Both the position numbers and the translations under genes were made by a program. A stretch of DNA of 63,901 nucleotides, the filler included, from an uncultured Methanosarcinales archaeon (GTDB lineage Archaea > Nanobdellota > Nanobdellia > Woesearchaeales > CAYSVS01), in assembly GCA_964434475.1 (NCBI GenBank). It is 3 parts of 3 records of this genome, joined end to end, with 100 filler letters (N's around TTAATTAATTAA, not from the genome) between each part and the next. Parts side by side here need not be neighbours in the genome. Positions count along the whole stretch, not along the records: positions 24,286 to 47,083 come from CAYSVS010000018.1; 2 more parts are not named here. One strand, written 5' to 3'. How positions within the stretch are numbered: position 1 is the first letter of the stretch; each line of letters begins with the position of its first letter. Below, piece after piece: positions 27,595 through 36,880 of this stretch. The notes under the pieces are model-generated. The model had not been told where the DNA came from. It made no database searches and saw only the letters and a list, made by a program, of their open reading frames with translations.

Positions 27595-28323
27595 TTACAC
27601 CTCTTTTAAAAAATTAAAAGCATTATCTTTGACAGAATTATACGCTAAATCCTGATAAAGCTCTTCTTTTCCATCTTCCTTATAAAATAAGGGAATTCCT
27701 TTATAATCCCATAATCCCATCTGTATTGTTTTACCGTTTTCTGAGAATTCTATAATCTTACAATTCTTATTCGTGTCGCACTGCCTTTCCTCTATTATTT
27801 CTGCAGCAGCTTTTATCTCGCTTAATCTGTCAAAAGGAGTCTTATAGTAATTGCTTTCATAATCTATCTCACTAGATGTTTCATCCATTGCCATACATTC
27901 AGGCAATCCCTCGCATACTTTGTATGCTTTTTTGTTCTGCTTGTCAAAATATATCGCAGTATACTCATTATCATTAAGTTTAGAATAAAATATTTTCATA
28001 TACTGCCTACTTACCTTAACCTTAAAGCTTGTTTCTCCGTCATATGTATAAGCTAATGAGCTTACAGATTGCGATTTTTGAAGCAATTCTTCAAGCTCTT
28101 CATTGACTTCTATCTGTTCGGACTCTTGTATCTCTGACTCTTGTGTCTCAGGCTCTTGCACTATATTTTTAGGCTCTTCTTGAGTTTCTGGCTCTATAGC
28201 TTTTACTTTTTCTTGAGGACACATACTCTTATCTTCAACAACACTTCCATCTGGGCAAACATACTGCTGACCGCATCCAACCAAAAAAAGCATAATAAAT
28301 AAAATAACAAAATATTTTTTCAT
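27595..28323 (-). CDS. Lipoprotein of unknown function
   Basis: Lipobox LVGC, YVCPDGS motif, Glu/Pro-rich linker. Confidence 0.75.
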   Translation of the reverse strand: MKKYFVILFIMLFLVGCGQQYVCPDGSVVEDKSMCPQEKVKAIEPETQEEPKNIVQEPETQESEIQESEQIEVNEELEELLQKSQSVSSLAYTYDGETSFKVKVSRQYMKIFYSKLNDNEYTAIYFDKQNKKAYKVCEGLPECMAMDETSSEIDYESNYYKTPFDRLSEIKAAAEIIEERQCDTNKNCKIIEFSENGKTIQMGLWDYKGIPLFYKEDGKEELYQDLAYNSVKDNAFNFLKEV

Positions 28324-28324
28324 C

Positions 28325-28939
28325 TTAACACCTCTGACTCATATATTCGCTGCCTTCTGTCGTATCTATAAGATATTCATTTGACTTGTATTCACCAGAC
28401 GGCATAGTAAAATCAATCTTCAAAACATAGTATTTGCCTTTTTCTAAAGTATCATACTTAGAATATCTTGGACACTCTCTTTCTTCACAGATAATATAAT
28501 AATTCCAACTGTTATATTTATTGGTTTCAGAAGTTAATGTTGTATATTCCTTATCATATTCCTTTATCATTATATCAACATCTGCTACCTGTCCTGCTTC
28601 ATAATACACAGCAAAACCTAGTGTACTCATAACGCAAGTTGGCTTTACTATTACGTCTTTTACATATATGCTGTCCTCATCTCCTGTCATCAATTCAATT
28701 GTAGGTTTTTCTTCAATAACTTCTGCGGATTCCTCTGCAACAGGCTCTTTTTGCACTATTGTCTCGCATTCAGCTGCGCTATTCTTTATGCTTCCGTCAG
28801 CACAAACATATTTTACAACTTCTTGCTCGACAAATTTAGTGACTGTCTCAGGCTCGCACTCAGGACATATACATTCTGGACACTTGGTGCATCCAGTCAA
28901 AACAAAAACCAAGATCAACATTAATAAAATTCTTCTCAT
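28325..28939 (-). CDS. Cys-rich lipoprotein of unknown function
   Basis: Lipobox LTGC, CPECICPEC, YVCADGS motif. Confidence 0.75.
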   Translation of the reverse strand: MRRILLMLILVFVLTGCTKCPECICPECEPETVTKFVEQEVVKYVCADGSIKNSAAECETIVQKEPVAEESAEVIEEKPTIELMTGDEDSIYVKDVIVKPTCVMSTLGFAVYYEAGQVADVDIMIKEYDKEYTTLTSETNKYNSWNYYIICEERECPRYSKYDTLEKGKYYVLKIDFTMPSGEYKSNEYLIDTTEGSEYMSQRC

Positions 28940-28968
28940 TTCTAACCACCCTTTTTTTATTTTTATAA

Positions 28969-30801
28969 TTATTCTTCTGCATAATTATCCGCTAAACTAA
29001 GCAGATTTTTCTTTTCATTTACAAATCTGTTAGCAACAGCTTCTTGTACTTTCTTATCGCTGCTTTTAAAATATGCTAAAGCTCCATCATCATTCCTTTT
29101 GAGTTTTTCAGCACTCACTGCATTGATTATCTCTTGTTCTGATAAACTAGAAACATCTTCCCCTTTTAAAGCAGAATTGATCACATTTGAACCAGGACCA
29201 AACTGCACAGCTGTAGACCAAACCATCTCCTGTATTGCTGGAGATTTTACATTGACATTCAATCCAGTATCTTTATTCACATTATCAGCCATAACATCAT
29301 AATGAGTCTTTTTGATAAACTTATATTGCGCTTCTGAAAAAACCGTATTATCCTTTTTTGCAACCTGTTTCCATTTTTTATCAAACTCATCTGTGCCTGG
29401 GTCTAGTCCCTTAAATTGTTCGCCATAAGCAGGAAATTTTTTCAAAAAACTTGCTGCTCTTCCTTTTGTAAGTTGATATATGCCATACTCTTTTCTAGGA
29501 GATATTGCACCAGCATCGTCTCTTGATTCATAATAACTGCTTATCTGACCAATCTTATATACCCTATCCAATTCAGAGATATGCACATAAGCCCCTCCTA
29601 TTCCAGAAAAACCAGAATCTTGTTTATTCTTACTGTATATGCTTGTTTCTCCTTTCTCTGCGTCTACATCTCCGTTCTTATTCATATGTATAGTATGCTC
29701 TTCAAGAACAACATCAAGATCATAATCCAAATTATCCAAAGTGCCCCATGTTTCCTGAACAAAATTATTATCTTGTATCTTTATCTTATTTCTGTTTGCC
29801 TTTACGACTATGCTTTGGTCGTCATCAATAGTCTGCTGCGGAACATAAACCTTGTTTTCCTTTACCCTTATTTTTGCTCCTATAACTTCAATATCATCAT
29901 AATCATCAAAATATATGCTTGCAGAACCTTTTGTTGTCTGTATCTCTTTTCTTTCTCCGCCAGATGTTTCAGCATAAAATCCATTAGTTTCAATATTAGT
30001 TTCAATCTCACTATATCCTAACACTGCTTTTTTTATCTTATTGTCTTCAAGTATAATAATAGGATTGTCTTCTGAATATATTGATTTGATAGCTGCACCT
30101 TCTTTTACATTAAGTTTTCCTTCTCCGTTTATGCCTTGTTTGTTTCCGTTATCCATAGAATAGTATTTTGCAGTTTCTGTGGTCAGATGAGCTTCAACAT
30201 TTTGGTTTTTAATCTTTAGATTATTGCCAGTTTCTAATACAACCCCTAAATCTCCATTTGCTCTTTTTATCAGCCTATAGCCTATTCCTTGATCGCTTTT
30301 CTCTCCTACTATATCCAAACCATTAAATTCTAAATTTTCAACATCCTTTACAACAATCTCATCCTCTGCTTTTACTTCAACATTCATACCTTCTACTGCA
30401 TCTATATTAAAATCTCCAATCATAAGCCTATCTTCACTAAATTTTATCTCTCCTGCGTTTATGTTATTTGTCTTAATTTCAGTATCTGCTATCTTAACTC
30501 CTCCTTCAAAAAAGACAACATCTTTGTCTTGAAGCTGCCCTTTATTTATTTTTGTGCCATCTTTAAGCACAAAATAATTATCTTCAGTATATTTTATACC
30601 CTCAACACGAGCAAAAGTTATAGACCTTAATCCAGTAGCTTTCGCCAGTTCTTCTGAATTTAATTGAGATATATCTTCTTGTTCACTAAGAAAATTAGCA
30701 TCCATCTGTTCTGCTTTAATCTCTTCTCCATCATGAGCTATAGCAGAGATAGACAAAATTAATAATATTACAACAATAACAAAATAATTAAGCAGCTTCA
30801 T
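28969..30801 (-). CDS. Secreted protein with C-terminal VgrG3-like lysozyme/peptidoglycan hydrolase domain
   Basis: SD AGGAGG, signal peptide MKLLNYF...AIA. C-terminal about 190 aa: IGQISSYYES...YGIYQL...F.GL.PGT.EF.KKWK.VA...F.EAQY.FIKKTHYD...S.AIQE.VWSTAVQFGP...YFKSS...VQ..V..RF..E. Confidence 0.75.
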   Translation of the reverse strand: MKLLNYFVIVVILLILSISAIAHDGEEIKAEQMDANFLSEQEDISQLNSEELAKATGLRSITFARVEGIKYTEDNYFVLKDGTKINKGQLQDKDVVFFEGGVKIADTEIKTNNINAGEIKFSEDRLMIGDFNIDAVEGMNVEVKAEDEIVVKDVENLEFNGLDIVGEKSDQGIGYRLIKRANGDLGVVLETGNNLKIKNQNVEAHLTTETAKYYSMDNGNKQGINGEGKLNVKEGAAIKSIYSEDNPIIILEDNKIKKAVLGYSEIETNIETNGFYAETSGGERKEIQTTKGSASIYFDDYDDIEVIGAKIRVKENKVYVPQQTIDDDQSIVVKANRNKIKIQDNNFVQETWGTLDNLDYDLDVVLEEHTIHMNKNGDVDAEKGETSIYSKNKQDSGFSGIGGAYVHISELDRVYKIGQISSYYESRDDAGAISPRKEYGIYQLTKGRAASFLKKFPAYGEQFKGLDPGTDEFDKKWKQVAKKDNTVFSEAQYKFIKKTHYDVMADNVNKDTGLNVNVKSPAIQEMVWSTAVQFGPGSNVINSALKGEDVSSLSEQEIINAVSAEKLKRNDDGALAYFKSSDKKVQEAVANRFVNEKKNLLSLADNYAEE

Positions 30802-31513
30802 TTTCTCCTCCTTTAACAGCGAACATAAATATAAAATCCTGCTCAGATATTTCAATAACATAGATAGTATAACCTAATGCGTTATATGCGTTGATGTCAT
30901 AACCATTGTTTTCCTTCAAACTAAGCATAAGCATCAAAGGTACTTCATCTGGTTTTTCAAGAACAACATCCAGCAATTTGTTTGTCACATTAACCAAAGA
31001 ATCAATATCAACATCTATAGAATATGTAAAATCAGAATAAGCTTTTGTTGTTCCTGCTTTTGTGACTTTCATAGGATAATCAAGATTAAATGTTATCTTG
31101 CTGTTGCCAAATATCTCTATCTCTTTTTCAAAAAACTCAAAACTATAACCTTGGTTTTTCAAAGCATTGAAATCATCAAAACAAAAATCAATATTAATCT
31201 TAACCATCTTTTCAAGATTTTTTATAAAAATGCTCTTGTTTAGCTTATCGCCTAAAACATAGACAGGCACATCCCCAATATCAGAGATGATATAATCATC
31301 TGATTCAAGCATACCTCCAATATATCCTAACTGATACAATTGCTCTTTACTTGTTTGCTCCAAACATTCCTGAACATACATCTCAACATTATCAAAACTT
31401 TCAATATTTTGTTCAACTTTTCTTTCCTGCATAAATGACCATAAGAAAAACATAGCTACAATAAGTATTCCAATAATAATGTAAATTGTTATCTGCCCTC
31501 TTTTGTTCTTCAT
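30788..31513 (-). CDS. Class III signal peptide, pilin-like protein (paralog 1)
   Basis: KNKRG/QITIYIIIGILIV; YVQECLEQ...LGYIGG; CFDDF..LK.QG; LDYP; overlaps the start of the downstream secreted gene. Confidence 0.75.
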   Translation of the reverse strand: MKNKRGQITIYIIIGILIVAMFFLWSFMQERKVEQNIESFDNVEMYVQECLEQTSKEQLYQLGYIGGMLESDDYIISDIGDVPVYVLGDKLNKSIFIKNLEKMVKINIDFCFDDFNALKNQGYSFEFFEKEIEIFGNSKITFNLDYPMKVTKAGTTKAYSDFTYSIDVDIDSLVNVTNKLLDVVLEKPDEVPLMLMLSLKENNGYDINAYNALGYTIYVIEISEQDFIFMFAVKGGENEAA

Positions 31514-31550
31514 ATTAATATTATTCTTTATCATCTTAATCTCATCAAGC

Positions 31551-32051
31551 TTAATCAACAGTTGTAGTAAAAAAATCTCCATGTTTCATATGGAATAATC
31601 TTTTGCCTATGCCTTCTTCATGCTTTCCTGTTATTTTCCCTATAATAAATATATGATCTCCTGTCTCAATCTCTTTTACAACTTCGCATTCAAAATATGC
31701 CAATACGCCTTTTATCCTGCAGCAGTCTATAGAACTGCAATCTTCAATCTCAATATTAGCTTTCTCAAATTTGTCTATATGCTCTCCGCTATGCCTTCCT
31801 ACATATTCAACAACTTCCTTAAAATGTTTTGGTATGAAGTTGACACAAAAAACTTTACTTTCCCTTATCAAATGCAGACTATACCTTGTCTTTGCTATGC
31901 TTATGCCATAAAGTTTAGGTTCAAAAGACAATGGAGTATGCCAGTCAACCGCCATCACATTATCCTTTTCGATTATCTTGGTCGAAAACTTATCTTTAAC
32001 CCTGTGCCTTGTAGTCACTAAAACAGTTTGTCGTGGATAAGCTTCATACAT
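31551..32051 (-). CDS. Flavin reductase-like protein
   Basis: YPRQTVLVT, W.TPLSFEP, FCVNF, GRHSG..IDKF, ECEV...IETGDH.FIIGK. Confidence 0.88.
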   Translation of the reverse strand: MYEAYPRQTVLVTTRHRVKDKFSTKIIEKDNVMAVDWHTPLSFEPKLYGISIAKTRYSLHLIRESKVFCVNFIPKHFKEVVEYVGRHSGEHIDKFEKANIEIEDCSSIDCCRIKGVLAYFECEVVKEIETGDHIFIIGKITGKHEEGIGKRLFHMKHGDFFTTTVD

Positions 32052-32052
32052 T

Positions 32053-32811
32053 TTAAAATTTCATCCTTATTGGTTTTCTTGATATACTGAATACATTAAC
32101 TAGATAAAACACGAAAAATATTGCATAATGTACATAGTAAAAATTAAAAAATAGATTGATCATCTCCAATACCATCAATAATATTGAACTATATAATCCT
32201 GCTTTCAATATAGATATATAATCTGCCCTGTGCTTTGCCACATATATTATGATATATAATATTGCGCTGAATGCAAGGATGACCAATAAAATCTTAATCA
32301 GCATGAAGAAATACGATGCAATCACAAATCCAGGAAGCATTAACAAAAAAAGTAGATAAAGAAAATCGCTTGTCTTTTCCGTATCTTCTGTAAAATCCTT
32401 ATATTCGCTAAAATCATAATATCTTTTTCCTATTGCAGATTTAAAAAAAAGGTTTTCTCCGGTTATAAGAAATTTTTCATTTCCTAATCCTGTATACTGA
32501 CCTGTTGTGTCTATTATTAATCTAGGATTATTTTCTGGAATCAAAATAGGATCGTTCATAGAAGCGTTTATGTTTAAACTCAAAGTATCAAATTTAGACA
32601 TATGATGTCCAATATTGTTAGGCATAGCAAAAAGCTTAGGCAATAATAGAACAAAGCTTATAAGAAATATCAACAATAATACTGATGTAAAGAATTGCAT
32701 ACCTTTAGTCAGATCTCTTTTGCTTAGTTCAGGATATTGACTTGGTAGACAACTCCTATAAATAGTCTTAAAAAATGTCCTAAATTCGTCTTTAACCCCT
32801 TCTTTTATCAT
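32053..32811 (-). CDS. Membrane protein (DUF1189-like)
   Basis: N-terminal TM, extracellular loop with IIDTTG, several C-terminal TM helices. Confidence 0.55.
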   Translation of the reverse strand: MIKEGVKDEFRTFFKTIYRSCLPSQYPELSKRDLTKGMQFFTSVLLLIFLISFVLLLPKLFAMPNNIGHHMSKFDTLSLNINASMNDPILIPENNPRLIIDTTGQYTGLGNEKFLITGENLFFKSAIGKRYYDFSEYKDFTEDTEKTSDFLYLLFLLMLPGFVIASYFFMLIKILLVILAFSAILYIIIYVAKHRADYISILKAGLYSSILLMVLEMINLFFNFYYVHYAIFFVFYLVNVFSISRKPIRMKF

Positions 32812-32891
32812 CTTTGCTATATAATATATAATCTATTTATATAGTTTACGATTTAGTTTTAGTTAAAATAATAGAAAAAAACAAGAAATAA

Positions 32892-33464
32892 TCAATCATC
32901 AATTATCAGAATAATATCTTTGTCTTCTTCAATTTGAGTTATATTGAAATTAACAAATATGTGTTCAACCAATTCAAGAATATATTCTTTTCTTTCTGAA
33001 CGCTTAAGAAAGCTCAATGCAAACTTTTTTTTGCCGACGCGCTTCATCTCTTTTAATCCTTGCTTTATATCGTCAAAATTCTGTATTGCTGTCAAACTGA
33101 GTATATAGTCAAACTCATTGTCTTTGAAAGGAAGTTCTTCTGCACACGCTTGCTTTATGAATATTTTATTTTGATTTTTTTTTATATCTTTTTCAAAACC
33201 AGCATCATTTTTCTTATTTTTATTTTGTTTATCTTCTTTTTTTATCCTATCTTTAAAAATACGCAACAACCCCTGAGAAGGATCTACAGCATATACAATA
33301 CAATCCCAATCACTGCTTATACCTGTTCCACAGCCAACATCTAACAATTTGTCATTCTTTTTTGGCTTGATGTTTTGTTTAACTATCGCAAGCTTCTTCA
33401 GCTGCTCTTCAGAATGCAATTCATCATATCCAGAGGATATAGAATCGTAGTAGTTCATCTTCAT
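32892..33464 (-). CDS. Class I SAM-dependent methyltransferase
   Basis: LLDVGCGTG, AEELPFKDNEFD, LKEMKRV. Confidence 0.9.
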   Translation of the reverse strand: MKMNYYDSISSGYDELHSEEQLKKLAIVKQNIKPKKNDKLLDVGCGTGISSDWDCIVYAVDPSQGLLRIFKDRIKKEDKQNKNKKNDAGFEKDIKKNQNKIFIKQACAEELPFKDNEFDYILSLTAIQNFDDIKQGLKEMKRVGKKKFALSFLKRSERKEYILELVEHIFVNFNITQIEEDKDIILIIDD

Positions 33465-34516
33465 CCTGCTTCTTCAACAGCTTTAAGCGCAGTTCTTGCA
33501 TTTTTGCTTACTGATGCTGTTCCAAAGACAGACTCTACAATACGAAGAAACAATCCCTTGTTTTCAGTTGCATCTTGATCAACGTAGGCCATTGCGGAAT
33601 TATCAATAATTGTTCCATCTTTTTGAACTACCATAAGGTCAATATCTTCATCCGCTCTTGGAGAATAACTTTGAAATCTGATTTCATCATCAACCTCGCC
33701 CCATCTTGCATCAAAATAGGAATATGTTGCTTTTTGACGTCCGCCTTCATTGCTCAAATAAATATCCCGCCCATTCTCTAAAGTAACGGTTGCACTTGCA
33801 TCCCTGGGTAAATCACTAAATATCCTATTAATTGTTTTTGTCTCTACTTCACCACCATCATTTGTAACCTGTTCAGTAAATTCATCAACTTGAACATCGC
33901 CACCACTAAACAATTCAATATATTTTTCACCGGTGTTAGTAACTGTCCTTCCATGCCAATCATCAGTCTTAATGCTTGCACCCGGAGTTAAACCAGCTCT
34001 GACTAGTACACCTTCTTCATCTGTAAATATCTTTACTTTCCCGTTTATCTCAACAGTCTCTATAACATCTCCATCATTATTTTTTAAATAAAGAGTGGTT
34101 TTACCAAACATTGTACTTTTTCCAGTTACATCATAAGTATTGTCACCATAAGAGATTATTTCTCCATCACCAGATGGCTCAAAGATAAGAGAATCTCCAA
34201 CACCTACACTAGAAGCTGTTTTTATGGTAACCTTACCTGAATCCTTATTATATATAATATTATCACCATCGCCTAAAAGATAGTCCTGATCACCTATTGT
34301 AACACACATAGCTTCTGAACTTTTAACCTGTAAAACGTTCCCTCGAGTTTTAAAATTACCTTTTGCATCATCTGAAAACGCAACATCATCAAAGCCTTCA
34401 ATAGGATCTTCTCCTATATCACTCAGACTTCCTGATTCACCCTCTTCCTCTGCAACAACACAAAAAGAAAGCAATAAAATCACTAAAATATAAACAAACT
34501 TCTTCATCATATTCAC
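33461..34516 (-). CDS. Secreted acidic beta-rich protein (cassette passenger 2)
   Basis: Signal peptide MKKFVYILVILLLSFCVVA; 4-nt overlap with the upstream pilin-like gene. Confidence 0.7.
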   Translation of the reverse strand: MNMMKKFVYILVILLLSFCVVAEEEGESGSLSDIGEDPIEGFDDVAFSDDAKGNFKTRGNVLQVKSSEAMCVTIGDQDYLLGDGDNIIYNKDSGKVTIKTASSVGVGDSLIFEPSGDGEIISYGDNTYDVTGKSTMFGKTTLYLKNNDGDVIETVEINGKVKIFTDEEGVLVRAGLTPGASIKTDDWHGRTVTNTGEKYIELFSGGDVQVDEFTEQVTNDGGEVETKTINRIFSDLPRDASATVTLENGRDIYLSNEGGRQKATYSYFDARWGEVDDEIRFQSYSPRADEDIDLMVVQKDGTIIDNSAMAYVDQDATENKGLFLRIVESVFGTASVSKNARTALKAVEEAG

Positions 34517-35235
34517 CTTCTCACACCAAACGCATAAACTAATGCCGAACCCTGAACATTTGAAATAGGATCTGAAACAACAAACAACTTTTCATTATCC
34601 TTTACCTGAAATAGTCTAAAATTCAGGCCGAACTGTGCATAATATGCAGGTTCACTTATATCTGGATGACTTTCAATTTCAGCAGTAACATTATTTATAG
34701 TCTCAATCATATAATTCAATCTTATTGGAAATTTCATAGTAAACTTACTAAATTCTGAAACAGAATCCCCTTGCTTGACTGTCAAAGGATAATCGACATT
34801 CAACAAAATATCTTCATCCCTTATAATAAGGTCAGAAGTTACATTTCCAACAGAAATATCAAAACCTTGTTTTTCAAAAAAATCATAAGTACAAACAACT
34901 TCTACAGGAATAGGATACATCCTACTAAATTCCCTTTGTATTATTTCTTTTGTCAATACATTTCTTAACCCACTACTATATAGATAAACAGTATCAAATC
35001 CAGGCAAAGACATCCTATCAGTAGGCTGCTCCATAAATCCACCTCTTAGGCCAGAAATTGCAATAGTGATTTCTGCAGCTTCTTCTAAACATTTTTGAGT
35101 ATAATGCTTCACTGAAGATGTATCTATAAACTCTTGTTCAATCCTTTGGGTATTTGTATAAATTAAAAATGCTGCACCCATAACCAAGAACAATCCTAAT
35201 ATTATAAACAAAGTGATTTGACTCTTTTTTTTCAT
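34513..35235 (-). CDS. Class III signal peptide, pilin-like protein (paralog 2)
   Basis: KKKS/QITLFIILGLFLV; YTQKCLEE...GLRGG; CTYDFFEKQG; VDYPL; PIRL. Confidence 0.75.
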   Translation of the reverse strand: MKKKSQITLFIILGLFLVMGAAFLIYTNTQRIEQEFIDTSSVKHYTQKCLEEAAEITIAISGLRGGFMEQPTDRMSLPGFDTVYLYSSGLRNVLTKEIIQREFSRMYPIPVEVVCTYDFFEKQGFDISVGNVTSDLIIRDEDILLNVDYPLTVKQGDSVSEFSKFTMKFPIRLNYMIETINNVTAEIESHPDISEPAYYAQFGLNFRLFQVKDNEKLFVVSDPISNVQGSALVYAFGVRR

Positions 35236-35352
35236 TTTAATATAATATAATATAATTTCCTTGTTTAAATATTTTACCTAAAAGTAAAATATGTCACTTG
35301 ATAGTTGTTATATATCCGTTAGATTTATAAATGTTAATCCAATATCTTGCCT

Positions 35353-35766
35353 ATGAGCCTAAAAGACATAGTTTTAAAGCTTAATGACTACAAATATGCA
35401 GCAGCTACAGCTTTAACAACATATGGGCTTGATAATGCAACAACATGGTATGCTTGTGAAAAATTAGGCATCCATTGTGAAACAAGAAGCATAATAATTG
35501 ATGATTTTCTAAGACATGACCCTGCTCAAGGCCTTCTTACAAGATATGCAATAGGCGGAACTGTTCTTTTAATCGGATCAAAAGCTTTAGACGTTGCAGG
35601 AAACAAAGCAGCTAGCTACGTCTCAAAAAAGTTAAGCGAAAAATTTCCTGAAAAATTCTCAGGAAAAGAGTTAAAACCAAATTTAGGTTCAATAGGATTA
35701 TATGCATATGCGCTCTACATAGCTCCTGCAGTGATAAATAATGTTTCAGTAATTCTCGACAAATAG
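35353..35766 (+). CDS. Small membrane protein (DUF5658-like), paralog of 46450-46950
   Basis: LD..TT.Y...K.G...E pattern plus hydrophobic helices. Confidence 0.5.
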   Translation: MSLKDIVLKLNDYKYAAATALTTYGLDNATTWYACEKLGIHCETRSIIIDDFLRHDPAQGLLTRYAIGGTVLLIGSKALDVAGNKAASYVSKKLSEKFPEKFSGKELKPNLGSIGLYAYALYIAPAVINNVSVILDK

Positions 35767-35836
35767 CCCCACATAAGTGATTAAATTCCAGTTAGTTTTA
35801 TAAACTTCTATCATTAAATAAATATACGTGCGAACG

Positions 35837-36874
35837 ATGGTAAAACAATACAGCTTAGACGAAATAGTAACAGAATATGATATATTAATAAATTCTAAAG
35901 CAAACAAAATATGTGATATAAAAGACAAGAATCTTCTGCATAATTTCCTAAAAGAATCATCATTATATCTGCACGCACTTCATAAAGAAATCATCAATCC
36001 AGAAACATTCAAAAAACATCTGGATATTATAAAAGGATTATCCATTTCTGAATTAAAGTTGATCAATGATTATTTATATTTTTTTGGAAAAAAAGAAAAT
36101 TATCCTATCATAGATAAGATTATCAACAAAGGAATTATTTTAGATGATTTTGAAAGAAAAGCACACAAGGTATCTATAGAATGTTATGGTTCATATAAAC
36201 CAGATAAAGATAGTGAAAAGAAAAGCTATAGAGATATGATCATTCATTTTATAAGATATATCTCAGCCATAGGCGATGAAGAAACAAGAGAACTCGCACA
36301 GAACTCAATATCAAATATCAAATCCAAAGTGTTAGACCCAATCATAAAACTATATCAAGCCACTGATAAAGGATTAAGAACAACACTCCAATTAAAAGCC
36401 TATCATCAGGAATTATATTATTTAAATGTAATAGGGATTAAAAAATATGGCATTTTTCCTCAACTTGACAGGGAATACCATACATTAATAAAAACTTATG
36501 AGAATAACAAGATAGATCTTAAAGAGATAGAAAGATACATGAACATCATAAATGGATTATCTATGGAAGATATGTTTATGATAGGGTATTGGTCAGATTT
36601 ATTAAAGCTTGATAAAAGCAGAGATATAGTAAAAAAGGTACTAAAAGATGAGACAGATGGATTAAAAGATGAACCAAAAAAAACATATGATATTATAATA
36701 GAAAAACATGAAAACCTCAAACAAAACTTCAACACAAATATGAGCTTTAAACAAACACTCATGCATTCAGTAAGACATATGTACAATAACAACAAATACA
36801 AAAGGTTAAAGCAAAAGATAGAACCTCTTCTTGAATATGTTGACAAAGATATTTTAATAATCCCGAAAAAATAA
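35837..36874 (+). CDS. Hypothetical helical protein with internal duplication
   Basis: Two similar halves, e.g. HLDIIKGLS/YMNIINGLS and SYRDMIIHFIRYI/SFKQTLMHSVRHM. Confidence 0.6.
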   Translation: MVKQYSLDEIVTEYDILINSKANKICDIKDKNLLHNFLKESSLYLHALHKEIINPETFKKHLDIIKGLSISELKLINDYLYFFGKKENYPIIDKIINKGIILDDFERKAHKVSIECYGSYKPDKDSEKKSYRDMIIHFIRYISAIGDEETRELAQNSISNIKSKVLDPIIKLYQATDKGLRTTLQLKAYHQELYYLNVIGIKKYGIFPQLDREYHTLIKTYENNKIDLKEIERYMNIINGLSMEDMFMIGYWSDLLKLDKSRDIVKKVLKDETDGLKDEPKKTYDIIIEKHENLKQNFNTNMSFKQTLMHSVRHMYNNNKYKRLKQKIEPLLEYVDKDILIIPKK

Positions 36875-36880
36875 TGTAAA

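Noticed and set aside
27595..28939. Lipoproteins as immunity proteins for the lysozyme-like effector
   Set aside because: The archaeon has no peptidoglycan to protect, and nothing resembles known lysozyme inhibitors.
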